Part shown: positions 13,850 through 27,229 of the stretch, in pieces | How positions within the stretch are numbered: the stretch's first letter is position 1 | How the letters are laid out: the number at the start of each line of letters is the position of its first letter | Assembly: GCF_009914755.1 (NCBI RefSeq) | Contig: NC_060932.1 | Reading direction: 5' to 3' (one strand) | DNA from: the human T2T-CHM13v2.0 reference genome, Homo sapiens | DNA: 64,000 nt | The notes under the pieces: generated by a model | Told to the model about the DNA's origin: nothing | Database searches by the model: none | What the model saw: only the letters and a program-made list of their open reading frames with translations | Made by a program: the position numbers and the translations under genes

Positions 13850-15790
13850 AATTTATTTAACATATTTTGGCTTTGTTGTTCTTCTTGATTTTCTAAAAGT
13901 AACAGTTTATCTGAATAAGGCAGGGGAGAATGGAGAAGGTTTTAGTGAGAGCTGTTTCAGTAAGTTTTGGCACCAATCCACAGGCACAGGGTATAATGTA
14001 GCATCCTACAAGAATGAGTACACCTATTACAATTGCAAGGGAGGTGAGGATTGAGATCATGAGTCCCTTCCATTTGCCAAACCCTTTTTCCATTAAACTA
14101 GTGAAGGGGTCATTTATTCCAGAATTCTCAGCTAAGTAATTCTTGGTGGCTAAGGTAGTAAGACCTTGTAGCGCCTTTGTTATGGTTCCATCGGGTGCAG
14201 TGTTATTAGGGATGCAAGTACAGCATTGGGTCCCAATCATGATACATACTCCACCTTTTTCAGCTAATATCATGTCAAGATGTTAAGGGCTATCCTATTC
14301 TTCCAGGCCATTTGGCTGGTAGGGCCTAATTGTTCAGTTATTCCTTTAATGGCATCTCTTGTGTAATTGAAAAATCACTGTTGATTACAGTAAATATAAT
14401 TTATCCAATCTACATTCTTGTTTATAGTTGGTCACCAGCACAATGCAGATTCAAATCCTGCGGCTATTTGATTTTGGGCTTTAAATTCATTTGGCACCCC
14501 TCGTGGAACTCCAATGGCATCTACATAACCATGAAGGTCAAAAGACCCAGGAGGGGCACCTCTTTTTTTGTGATTTTCCTTCCTGTTTTGTTGATGAAAT
14601 GCCAGGGTAAAAGGGATGGCCAATTGGACTAGAGCGCAAGTGCTTCTCCATTTACTTTGACAGAGTACCCAACAGTGGTCCACCACAATACCACCACGCA
14701 TCCCCTAGGGAATAAACAAGGGCAACTTGACTAGTAAGCTCTCGGAAAGGCTTGGTTTCACTGCATTCTTTTGGGTCTCTGAGGGACGTTAATCTTTCCC
14801 CCTGTCGTGAGAGACATGAGGTACAATTAACATCAAAAGCTGGAGACCAGAGGGCCCTTGGGGCTGACCCACAGAGCCTTTAACTTCAGGGAATAGCAGT
14901 GAGAGATTCTTACATGCCTCGTGGCCCCAGGCTGTGGGGTTTTGAAAGAGACTCACCATGCAGCTCATGCCTAGTCAGTCAGAAGACCGCCCAAGTGGGA
15001 AGGGGACTATCTGGGCCTCTGGCCTCCCTGCCACACAAGCATAACTGTCACTTTCATTTAACCTGTGAACAGAATATTCAATCCGTTCCAGCCAGGCATT
15101 TGCATCATGGTATCCTGTTTCAATCGCTAAAGTTTGCTTTAAATCTTTAACTTCTACAATGTCTACTATAGTTTTATCAGTGGGTATTGAAAGAACAGCT
15201 GTTTGATTGGAAGAAGGTTCAGAAGGAGGAGGAACGGAAGGGGGTGGAGGAGCAATGAAGCACATCTCAAAGGATCCTATAGGGTCTATTCCAGGAACAT
15301 CAGCTCCTAGGCCATAGAAGCAACCTATAATGGGGTTAGTGTCAGTAGAGGTGGGGAAAGTAATAGAGATTTGCACATGGTTACATTGTTGGAGTTTACA
15401 ATTAGAGGGAGTTGTCTCTTTGGTAAAGTGGAAGTAAGGCTTTAGGTTAGCACAACCTCCTCCTGGAGAGGTCCAGCCTTGATACTTGGTGGTACAGACC
15501 ACATCTCCCCAGCCAAAACAGAACTTCCAATAACTGCCTTGTGCTTGTTTGGTGCAAGAGTCACTCTTATAGGCAGTTCTATTTATCCTGGAAGGGCAAA
15601 GGTACTTTTCTAAAGAGGCTAGCTTCCTTTGGCTTTGGAGATCTCCACAGGGCATAACAAGACAAGGTAATGGTTTGAGGGGAACTAGACTTAGTTATAT
15701 TAATAATAAGATGTGAGGTAGCTGGGGAGAAGAGGAAAAGGAGGAAGAGACAAATTAAACTGTTCTTTTCAACGTTACTGTGGTTGGGGT
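13850..15790 (-). pseudogene. env: ERV env pseudogene (frameshifted)
   Basis: ORFs 15579..15839 (hydrophobic signal LICLFLLFLFSP), 14975..15655 (SU with Pro-rich region), 14432..14701 (furin-like HKKR, then VDAIGVPRGVPNEFKA) and 13893..14273 (MILAEKGGVCIMIGTQCC, CX6CC motif, TM anchor). Confidence 0.9.
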
Positions 15791-17615
15791 GGGTCCTGAA
15801 GTAGATGGTGCTCTTTTGACCCAGGTGTGATGAGTCCAACCCTTTTCACTGGTCTGGACTGCTGTTTCAGTTGTTAGAAGCACTAAGTAAGGTCCTTCCC
15901 ATGTAGGTTTGAGCTTTCCCTATTTCCAACTTCTGATAAGGACGTTATCTCCAGGCTGGTGGTGGTAAACCGGGAATTTGAGGGGTGGAGTCTGTGTCAG
16001 GAGACCTTGAATCCTCAGGGAGGAGAGGGTGGAAGGCAACCCTAATATATAATTCTTGAGAAGTTGGTCTTTTGTTTCAAAAGTAGGAAGGCCAGTAGTA
16101 GAGTTTAGGTAAGGCAACCCATAATGCATTTCATAAGGGGATAGGCCTATGTCTTTTCAAGGGTCAGTCTGGACTCTTAAAAAGGCAATAGAAATGCATT
16201 TTGTCCAAGGTAGCTGGGTTTCTAAAATCAGTTTGGTTTAAATGGGTATAGAGGGTTTGATTCATTTTGTCTACTTTCCCTGATGATGGCGGATGCCATG
16301 GTGTATGATATTCCCATTTTATTCCTAATGGTTGAGTTAACTTCTTAATGATGAGGGCAGTGAAGTGGGTCCCATTGTCTGAATCAATATTCTCTGTTAA
16401 ACCAAACCTTGGTAGGATATGTTCTAACAGGGCTTTGGCCACATTGTTAGCTGTTGCATTTGAAAAAGGGATAGCCTCTACCCAGAGGGTGAGATGATCT
16501 ACTATGACTAGTAAATATTTAAGGTGGCCTACTGGGGATAGTTCTGTGTAGTCAACTTGGACACTTTGGAATGGCCTCAACCCTGGGTTTCTTTCCCTGA
16601 ATAGTCTTTAAGTTTTATTTATTGGTTTTTCTGCATACTATACAACTATCTGTGACTTGCCTAGCAAGAGTGTAGATTCCTATACATCCATAAACCCTAA
16701 GAACTGCATCACACATCACTTGAGGGTCCCAATGAGTTCCCTGATGAAGTTGTGATAGTATTTCTCTCATAAGAGGTTTAGACCACATTTCCCTTCTGTC
16801 TGGTAGTACCGACTTTCCCTCTAGGTTTTCCTTAGCTCCTAATTTTGTTAGTTTTTCTTGGTCTGCATAAGAGAAGATGGGGGTTGTTGTTGGAGGGGGA
16901 AGATGAAGGGTTAGATGGAAAATGGATGCAGCTTGGGAAGAGGCAGCTTGATTGGCTATTTGGTCAGCTAGATTATTTCCTTGACTTTCAAAAGAGGGGT
17001 TTTTTTGGTGTCCTCATGGTGGGACATGAACAATAGCTCTTTCTTCTGGCAGCTGGAGATTATGTAGCACTTGTATTAATAACTCTATTTGGACTAGGTT
17101 TTGACCTTTACTGTTAATAAGGCCTCATTCAGTCCATATTTTTCCAAAGGTATGGACTACTTCAAAGGCATAGTTGGAGTTAGTATAAATTGTTCCTTCC
17201 AGATTTTGTAGAAATTTTAAGGCTTGATTTAGGGCAAATAGCTCACACATTTGTGTGGACCAGTCATTTGGTAATTTTCCTGATTCTATTTCTGTGAGGG
17301 TGTTCCTGTCAACTATGGAGTACCCATTATGCCTTTTTCCTTCAATAAACCGGGAAGAGCCGTCTATAGAAAGGTGACGCCCTGTTTGGAAAGGCGTTTC
17401 ACTTAGGTCTAGTCTAACTTTGGTTTGATAACTGATTAGATCTAAACATTTGTGCTCATGGGTCTCTGGGTTTGGATTCCCTGTTAAGAAGGCAGCAGGG
17501 TTAAGTGAATTGTTAGTGGTTAAGCTTAAATCATCCTTTTCTAATAAGATAGCCTCATACTTTAAAATCCTTGAGTCAGTAAGCCACCTTCCTGGCTTCT
17601 GATTAAGGATAGTTT
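15780..17615 (-). pseudogene. pol: ERV pol remnant: connection/RNase H and integrase; RT missing
   Basis: ORF 17125..17646 has RNase H-like SIDGSS...ELFALNQAL...IYTNSNYAF. ORF 16164..16580 has integrase core VQVDYTE / IDSDNGTHF / SSGKVDKMN. HHCC remnants at ~16640-16750 and EGPYL at ~15885-15900. Confidence 0.9.
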
Positions 17616-18705
<1,090 letters not shown>

Positions 18706-19239
18706 TTTCCCTGAGTCTGTGGGGCTCAACCTCTCTTACCAGAGATTTCTTGCACCCTTTCCCTGGAGGCTCAACCCCCCTACTACAGGTTTCTTTCGCT
18801 CCTTTTCTTTCACATTGTCCATCTCTGGCCACTTCCCTGGGGGGAATTTAAGTCCCTCTTAGCTTGGGCATGTCAGTATAAACCTCACAACAGGAATCTG
18901 CCATAAGCCATATGAGATGACTATGGAACCACAGATAAGGATCACATTTGCTTCGCACTCAATTGTGTGTCTCACTCATGTACTTTCTATCTTCAAGATG
19001 TCCCGACCACCAAGGAATACTTCACTGCCCCCATGACTTTTCTTACTTTGGTCTGTGCACAGAGTTACCTGGTCAACCACAGTATCTGTAGGCCTTTCTT
19101 TTCAGGTTGCTGAGAGCCCAGGTTTATTCATCACACTGGGTGGGTCTTGATCCCTCACTTCTGAGGCCGCTGCAATGAAGCAGCAGGATGCATCTCCTCA
19201 CAAGAGGGGACCAACTGACCCTTTCTCTGAGGAGAATGA

Positions 19240-19257
19240 GATCCTGGACAAGCCTCA
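19240..19257 (-). promoter_or_regulatory. Primer-binding site, tRNA-Pro-like
   Basis: Minus strand reads TTGAGGCTTGTCCAGGAT just downstream of the 5' LTR, 14/18 match to the Pro PBS TGGGGGCTCGTCCGGGAT. Confidence 0.8.
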
Positions 19258-19260
19258 AAT

Positions 19261-19807
19261 TGTTGGAAATAAGAGCTTGAAGTCACGAAGAGAACAAGCA
19301 CTCAAACAGAGAATTTCTCAGCAAGGCAAAATTTACTTCTGCAGAAGGGTGCTGCCTGCATCAGTCATGATCACACAAGCACCCCAAACAAAGGAAAGAA
19401 GGGTTTTTATCTCTAACGCAGCTTCTGTTTCTGTGTCCTTTCCCCATTGGCTGGAGTCAGACCACACAATCTAAACTATCCCGATTGGCTAAGACCTAAA
19501 CTTTTCCAACTGGGGTAAATGCACAATTTGCTAAGAGAGGAGGGGATGGAGAGACTGTTCATTACTAAGGTGGGAAGGGTTTTCTACAGAACAAGTACAA
19601 GGCATGTCTGGGCATGTCAGGGCATGGCTAGTTACAAATTAAGCTGAGAAACAAGAAAGAATGGAGAAGGTGGGTTACAGGTAAGGACTAGCAGGAATAG
19701 TTGTTTACAGAGCAGGTAACTGGGGGCGAGAAGGTACAACGAAGTTGAATCTGAAAACAAAGAACTAAGAAGTTTCACCTTTGCAGAGGAACTCACTGTA
19801 CCTGACA
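19261..19807 (-). mobile_element. 5' LTR of provirus
   Basis: TG...CA termini, two minus-strand CCAAT boxes (plus-strand ATTGG), direct repeat of 13270-13812. Confidence 0.93.
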
Positions 19808-19864
19808 ATTTAATGTATGTTCTCAAACAAAAACAGAATTAAACTATGTGATAGCCATAAATGT

Positions 19865-21030
19865 TTAAACTTTCATCATAGAAACTAGAAAAAGTAGAGC
19901 AAACAAAACTCCAAACTAGTAGAAGGATGGAAACAATAAAGGTTAGAGCTGATATAAATGGAATAGGAATTCTAAAAACACTAGAGAAAATCTACAAAAC
20001 CAAAAGTTGGCTCTTTGAAAAGAAAAATTGACAAACTTTAGCCAAATGATGCCATCAATAAACTGAAAAGAAAAGTCATCAAAATGGAGAAACTATCTGT
20101 AATTTATATATCTGATAAAAGATAAATCCAGAATATACAAAGAACAATTACAACTCATAATCATTTTAAAAGTAACTCAGTTTTTAAATGGGCATAGGAT
20201 CTAAATAGGCAGACCTCTGTAAAAGATATACAAGTGACCAATAAACACACGAAAACGTGCTCAACATCATTAGTCACTAGGGAAATGCATGTCAGAACCA
20301 CAATGAGATCATACTCGACACCCACTACTATGGCTACAATAAAAAATATAGACCATAAAAGTGTTGGAAAAGATGTAGAGAAAGCATAACCCTCATACAT
20401 TGCTGGTCCACTTGGAGCAACAGTTTTGGAGTTCTCAAAATAGTAAATGTAGAGTTGCCATATGATCCAGAAATTCCTGTCCTTGTTATATCCAAAAGAA
20501 ATGAAAACCTGTATCTACACAAAAACCTATACACTAGTATTCTTAGCAGTATTATACATAATACCCAAGAGTGGAAGCAACCAAAATGTCCACCAACTAC
20601 TAAGCAGATGAATAACATGTTGTATGTCCACACAGTGAAATATTATTCAGCCAAAAAAAAGAGAAAAGAATGTAGTACTAATGAAGACATGGTACCGCAT
20701 GGATGAACCTTGAGAACATCATGGTAAGGGAAAGAAGCCCATTGCAAAAGACCACATATCACATGATTCCATGCACATGAAATGCCCAGAACAGGCAAAT
20801 CTACAGAGGCAGTGAGGACATTCATGGTTGCCTAGGTCTGGGAGTGGGAGATAATGAATGACTATCAATGATACAGGATTTCCTTCTGGGGTGATAAAAA
20901 TGTTTTAAAATTAGACTGTGGTGATAATTGCACAACTCAATAATATACTCAAAACATTGTATTTTTCACATTAGGTAGTTGAGTTTTATGTTATGTAAAT
21001 TATAGCTCTATAAACGTGTCAAAAAAGAAA
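19865..21030 (+). mobile_element. L1MB-like element: ORF2 fragments and 3'UTR
   Basis: ORF 20455..20706 (PYDPEIPVL...WKQPKCP) and L1MB-type 3'UTR (GAAATGCCCAGAACAGGCAAATCTACAGAG; GGTGATAAAAATGTTTTAAAATTAGA). Confidence 0.85.
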
Positions 21031-22139
21031 ATTACCATAATGAAAGGAGACAGAATATCTCCAGTATCTCCCCAGGAAGAAGATAAAGGCCGTATTTTCT
21101 TATTACAATTCTGCAGGTAATATGGTGGGCTAACAGTGCAGTTATCCCAATAGTTAGAGGAAGAAAGTCTCAAAAGAATGGAAGTTGTCTGTATGGGATA
21201 GCAAAAAAAACAAGGAACAAAGGGAGGCAGAACACCCCAAGTGTTAGCAGACAAATACCAGCTAATTCAGTACCCTGTGGATTTGGAATTATGTCCCTAT
21301 GGCAGCTATGAGTGCATCAGACTGCCATAGCAGGAGCAGCCACACCCTTTGTGCTGATTTTATATGCACTCAGCAACCTTTTATTTGTATTTCACTTCCC
21401 CTTTATCCTTTTCTACAGGAAAAAAAGGCACTGATCACTCTAAGAAAGAAAATTACCACTCATGTTACAATTGAGTATCTTATTATACAAGAGTACATTT
21501 AATTTTCTTATTGAGCAGTGCCTTGTGAGCCTGATGATTATAAGTATGTCGCTGAGACTGGGTCCCTGAGATTATGTTTCTGGACTCTTGAAGCTGAAGA
21601 CCAGACTGTGGATCATAAACACAACTCCACTTCATGAAGTTTGTAGGAATCCAGCCATATGATTGACACTTTTTAATTTTGATATTGCAATCAAACTGTA
21701 AGAGTTGTATTCTCTGACAATAGCTTTTAAGAAATAATTACCTGTATTAAGTAAGAGAAATAATTGGACGATTCTAAACACTGGGCCCTGCTAATGGCAA
21801 ATATTTAGGCCCAGGAATCAAGCAGCAGTTAAAGAATCTTTGTCTTTAAGAAACCTTTTTTAAATGTGTCAAGATAACAGAAATTCAGGTCAACATAAGC
21901 ATCAAAAGTACATTTAAATATAACTATTTTTTGTGTCAGTCTAAATTTGCCCAATTATTTCTTTCAATTGCAGATCAGGTGGAGAAAATAATTATATTAG
22001 GTACCCATTAAAATGTACTTTACATCTCTGCTTTTACTGTAAAAGAAAAAGAAGTTTCAGAATATTGTTCTCTTTACATCCATATTCAATTTTCTAATAT
22101 AAGCCATCTATCACAACAAGGCCAAATTTTATGATAGGT

Positions 22140-22460
22140 CCACAGTCCCATATACAAATCCTTGGGCCCTCATGCTTTTGAACCTAACATTTTTCAAATT
22201 TCAGAAAACTAATACAGTGCATACACCATGTTTTACATAATTTCTTCAGGGAGCTCTGAGGTGGCACTCTTGTAATCCAATATTAATGGTAATCAATGTA
22301 TTGACTACTCTTGTAATCAGTCATTAATATTGCACCAAACTGGGATAAAGACTCACGTTACTTCAGACCAGATTTTGCCTCCCTATAAATTTACTGAAAT
22401 TTTCTGAGGAAAAAAATTGATTTTCAGAGCTTTCTGCTTTTGGAATCATGATGATGTGTA
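22140..22460. mobile_element. Possible Tigger-like DNA transposon remnant
   Basis: CAGTCCC... start and TTTTCAGAGCTTTCTGCTTTTGGAAT end resemble old TcMar elements. Weak. Confidence 0.35.
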
Positions 22461-23843
22461 ATTTAAATGACTATGTCACATCAAGAAGAGAACTAATAAA
22501 TTTGTCATGGGATGAAGGAAAGGAGAACAGATGTAATCCTTCAGGTCTAATAAGAAATTATATATAATTCTCTTACCTTCTCACCATCCCAATCCACCCT
22601 CATATTCATGCCAGAATCAAGCAGGATGACATACTTTAGAGATGTCATTTAGCTACATGGTATCATGAATTTAACATATTTAAAATACAAGTTAATCCTG
22701 GGATTAAATCTTTCTCTGTCTTCTTTATCTCCCCCAGGATTTTCTCAGTGGTGTGGATTGGGACCAGCCTCATGTGCGATCCAGAAGTAGAAAGGACTGG
22801 AAAAGAGATTCTGATGGACACAGAACTCCTGCTACATCATATAGATTGACAGAACATATAAATATAAATAATCATATTTTATTGTCTGATTTAAGCATTA
22901 TATTTTATTGATAGGTGTGTTAGAAAACAAGATTTTATAAAGCTTTCCCAGATGGCAGAATTTAGAGAAAAATATTTCACATCAAAATTCAGGGACTTCC
23001 TCCATAAAAATAGCACTGTTTAGCTCTAAAGCGAGAGACTGCATTTCAGTTTGTTCATGACATACAATGGGTGGACAGGTAAGAAACCAAGTCAGCAATT
23101 GCTTGATTTACATTTTTATAGCCATTATAAACAAGACTGGTTCAGATTTTGATCTGATGACTAAATTGATTTTTTTGCAAAGGGAAATATTTCATTACTC
23201 ACACCAGAATTCAATTCTAAGAATTTTCTTGCATGTAATGTTTTCCAGTGTTTCAGTGCGACTTCCACTGTCTCTGACCCTGGAGAAAACTCTCGTGGTA
23301 AAGCACAGGGCTTCCTGCAGAAGGCTTGTCTGGAGACACTGGCACCAATACTCCTATGAAACACATTCAACGCCTACTTTAAAATTCAAATGACCAACAT
23401 TCCTTTCAGCCGTATTTGCATATGATCCTGGCCTTTTTTTATCTGGCAGGGATGTTAATAAAAACTTAGTTTTGAAATAATTTTAGTTTCTCTCTTAAAA
23501 ATGGAAAACTGCCCAAGTCTGTATTTGTTTGGGGAGAAGATAGAATGTCTTATACAGAATTCATTCCATATAACAGCTCTCAGAATAAAGCAAAAGAAGA
23601 AGTCATTTCAATATGGAACGTCATAGAAGTCATGGAAATCGATATCCAATATGCAGTAAGAAATGTAGTGATATACAGATCATAGGATGATATTGAACTC
23701 TCCCATCTTTCTTCATTCCTTTGTCTAGAATTGCTGACAAATCAACATTTTTATCATGCATATGCCAATATCTAGTTACAGATTAAATTTTTTGGATCTA
23801 TGAGGACAAAAGTGAGTTGCTGTAACTTTAAAGTAGGGACATT

Positions 23844-23973
23844 AAGAAAGAAAAGAAAAGAAAAGAACAAAAGAAGGGAAAGGAAGAAAGGAAGGAGGAA
23901 AGAAAGAAAAAGAAAAAAGAGAAAGAAAGAATGCAAGAAAGAAAGAAAAAAAGAAAGAAGGAAGGAAGGAAGG
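23844..23973 (+). repeat. GA-rich simple repeat, (GAAA)n/(GGAA)n
   Basis: Directly visible polypurine tract. Confidence 0.95.
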
Positions 23974-24499
23974 ACAGCAAGCCTCGACATATTTGGATTA
24001 TGCTTATACCAAAAATATTGCCATTTCTCAAAAAAAATTAAAACATTCCTTTTAGAATTCCATCCACAAATTTCTGTATATGAAGAAATGCTATGTTTTA
24101 GTATTTGGAAATGTCCCAAAGTCACTTTTAGGCTTGCATAGTGAGTCAAATTAATCAGATTGTGGTTTTTTTTTTTTTTTTTTAGGATTTAAGTTTCTTT
24201 TATTGTTGTTTACCTTCAAACCAGTAACGAGGCTATGTAACAGATATGGTTGTACATAGCCATCAGTTAAGAGGCTTCACCACCCCACTGGCTTGCCAGG
24301 TCCTCACAGGGGTGCCCCAATTAGGAGTCTTGGGTGGGCACAGGACATCACTAGGCATGAGCTTCATGGGTGGTTCATGAACTTGTCTTTGAAACATTAA
24401 CTGGGCACTCCAGGCTCTACCTACAACCAGAGGAGGCAATTTTGAGTTGTGCTCATCAGACCTACAGAATGGTTGGCCCTGGCCAGACACACCTCTCTA

Positions 24500-24625
24500 T
24501 CCTTTGAGTTTCTTGGAGGAAGGAGAACCATGTCTTGTATCTCTACATCTGCAGTGCCTAACACTGTAACAGGCCTATAGGAGGCCCCCAGGAAATATCT
24601 CTTGATCAATTGGATAGACTGACTT
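24500..24625 (+). mobile_element. L2 3' end, inside the putative transduced segment
   Basis: CCATGTCTTGTATCTCTACATCTGCAGTGCCTAACACTGTAACAGGCCTATAGGAGG is a typical L2 terminus. Confidence 0.65.
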
Positions 24626-25174
24626 ACCTTCAGTTCCACACCCTGGGGTGAGTGAACATTTCTCAGAGACGAAATGTTTGGTCGGATAGTCTTGAGGGGT
24701 TTCTTCTTTGTAACATTGCCAGTTCTCAACAATGTAGGGATGGAAGTCTGAGCTTTCTCACAGCTTCAGCAGGCCTGCAGAGAAGTGGGGAAGGAACATC
24801 TGTGTCCTCAACTGGGGCTACTCCCAGGGCAACAGAGCCAAATAGCAGGAGAGGGACGGTGACAGAAGGAGATGGGCAAGGGGGCTGTAGAAGCCTTATG
24901 TAGATTACATGAGAGATAATGAATGCACCAACCTTTATCCTTCTTTTCATATAACACTGAAATATCATCCAACTAAGTGAGGCTTATGGTCTACGGTATT
25001 GGTATAAGATTCACAGAAAATAATAAAAATAAGGATAATGTGACTTTTTTCACCAAGTTAAGCATATCCTTTTAAACAAATTACTTAATATAGGGATATG
25101 TATTTTTTAATTTCATATATTTGGGGAGTATTTTATGGCATTATGGAGATAGTGGATTTTTTTCCTTTTTAATG

Positions 25175-25938
25175 TTTTTTTATTATTATTATACTTTAAG
25201 TTCTAGGGTACACATGCACAACATGCAGGTTTGTTTCATATGTATACATGTGCCATGTTGGTGTGCTGCACCATTAACTCGTCATTTACATTAGGTATAT
25301 CTCCTAATGCTATCCCTCCACCCTCCCCCCATCCCACAACAGGCCCTGGTTAGTGATATTCCCCATCCTGTGTCCAAGTGTTCTCATTGTTCAATTTCCA
25401 CCTATGAGTGAGAACATGCAGTGTTTGGTTTTCTGTCCTTGCGACAATTTGCTCAGAATGATGGTTTCCAAAAAGAAGACAAGCAGCCAACAGACACATG
25501 AAAAAATGCTCATCATCACTAGTCATCAGAGAAATGCAAATCTCACACCAGTTAGAACGGTGATCATTAAAAAGTCAGGAAACAACAGGTGCTGGAGAGG
25601 ATGTGGAGAAACAGGAACACTTTACACTGTTGGTGGGACTGTAAACTAGTTCAACCATTGTGGAAGACAATGTGGCGATTCCTGAAGGATCTAGAACTAG
25701 AAATACCATTTGACCCAGCCATCCCATTACTGGGTATATACCCAAAGGATTATAAATCATGCTGCTATAAAGACACACGCACACATATGTTTATTGCAGC
25801 ACTATTCACAATAGCAAAGACTTGGAACCAATCCAAATGTCCATCAATGATAGACTAGATTAAGAAAATGTGGCACATATACACCATGGAATACTATTCA
25901 GCCATAAAAAAGGATGAGTTCATGTCCTTTTTAGGGAC
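25175..25938 (-). mobile_element. L1PA (PA4-7-like) with 5' inversion (twin priming)
   Basis: 25175-25469 is antisense L1 3'UTR ending at ...GATGGTTTCCA. 25470-25938 is sense ORF2 C-terminus ending at ...TTAGGGAC. The two pieces are nearly adjacent in L1, with ~11 nt (ATGGATGAAGC) lost. Confidence 0.92.
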
Positions 25939-25957
25939 TCAGATTGTGTTTTGGATG

Positions 25958-26319
25958 TGCTATGGTTTAAATGTGTCCCCTCCAAAATTTATTTGTGGTG
26001 GTATTAGGAGGTGGGGCCTTTTGGGAAGTAATTAAGCCATGTGGGTTCCACCTTGATGAATGGATTACTGCCTTATGAAAGGGCTGGAGGTAACTAACTT
26101 AGGCCTTTTTCTCTAGCCCTTCTGCCTTCCCCCACCTGAAGACACAGCAATAAGGCACCATCTTAGAAGCAGAGAGATGGGACTTTTACCAGACACCAAA
26201 CCTGCTGGTGCCTTGATCTTGGATTTCAAGCCTCCAGATCCATGAGAAATAAGTTTTTATTGTTTACAAATTACCCAGTCTGAGATATTTTGTTATAGTA
26301 GCACACATAGGCTAAGACA
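25958..26319 (+). mobile_element. MST/MLT1A-type MaLR LTR
   Basis: TGCTATGGTTTAAATGTGTCCCCTCCAAAATT...GCTAAGACA. Confidence 0.85.
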
Positions 26320-26407
26320 AAATGGTTCATAAGCATATTATGATGACATTTATAAAAGAGGAGTCCCAAAATGTTTTGAGCAATGACAAAATTTTGGAAA
26401 TATGTGT

Positions 26408-26912
26408 GTGTATCAGTTGGAGTCCCATCAGGAAATCAGTAACCACTCTACATATCTTAAACAAAGGATATTTAATCCAGGGAGTTGGTTATGTAGCCAA
26501 TGGAAGAGCTGAAGACACAAACAAGAGACCAAAATAGAACCAGAGAATAGCAGGAAATTGTACCAGCTCTGGGACTGGAGGGTTGTGCGGGAAATGGAGT
26601 TCGTAGGGTCCAGGCAGAATCTTGGAACATGTGGCAAGAGATAAAACCACCGGAGTGATGGAGCAGTGTGGGAGGGAGGCACCAGTGTGAGCTCAGACCA
26701 GAGAGGGAAGGACTGGCCAAAGGACCTGGAGCCACAGTGAGGTGTAGATACTGCTGGAGATGCTGCTCAAAGTAAAGGGTGGGGAAGGAAAACTCTGGCC
26801 TCTTCACCTCTCTCACACCAAGCTTTTCCAGGACTACTGTTGGTTGAGCTCCTGGGAAACCACAAAGAGGTGAAATGTGGAACTGCATGCATGTATTCCT
26901 GGCAATACAGTG
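26408..26912 (-). mobile_element. ERVL LTR, LTR33-like
   Basis: TGTATCAGTTGGAGTCCCATCAGGAAATCAGTAACCACTCT...GGATATTTAATCCAGGGAGTTGGTTA. Confidence 0.55.
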
Positions 26913-27229
26913 CAAGTGGAGGATGCAGATTATAGCTGAAAGCAAACCAGTAAGTGTTAGCTGCTAAAGTACACTTGAAAAGATTTATGTGGAGTTTGGT
27001 ATTTCTCTATGTCTGTTCATTTGTTTCTCAGATAACTGAGCACATTCTGCATTCAGGCAAAATTTCAGGCTTTAGGAGGAAAAACACCATCTCCTGCTTT
27101 ACAAAGCTTCCCTACTAATGAGGAAGACAGGCAAGAAACAAGAAAACACATAAATAAATAAACACAGAACTGTAAGACAAAACAAAGTGTGTGATTGGGC
27201 AAAGACTCCTTTGAGGTCTTCACATGTGA

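Noticed and set aside
13893-15839. Domesticated syncytin-like env
   Set aside because: It is split into at least four ORFs by stops and frameshifts, including one in the immunosuppressive domain.
21297-21330. CTATGGCAG...CTGCCATAG inverted repeat
   Set aside because: A 9-bp stem with a 16-nt loop is expected occasionally by chance.
23772-24149. Lys/Arg-rich and Phe/Leu-rich ORFs (also 39570-39752)
   Set aside because: They are translations of GA-rich simple repeats.
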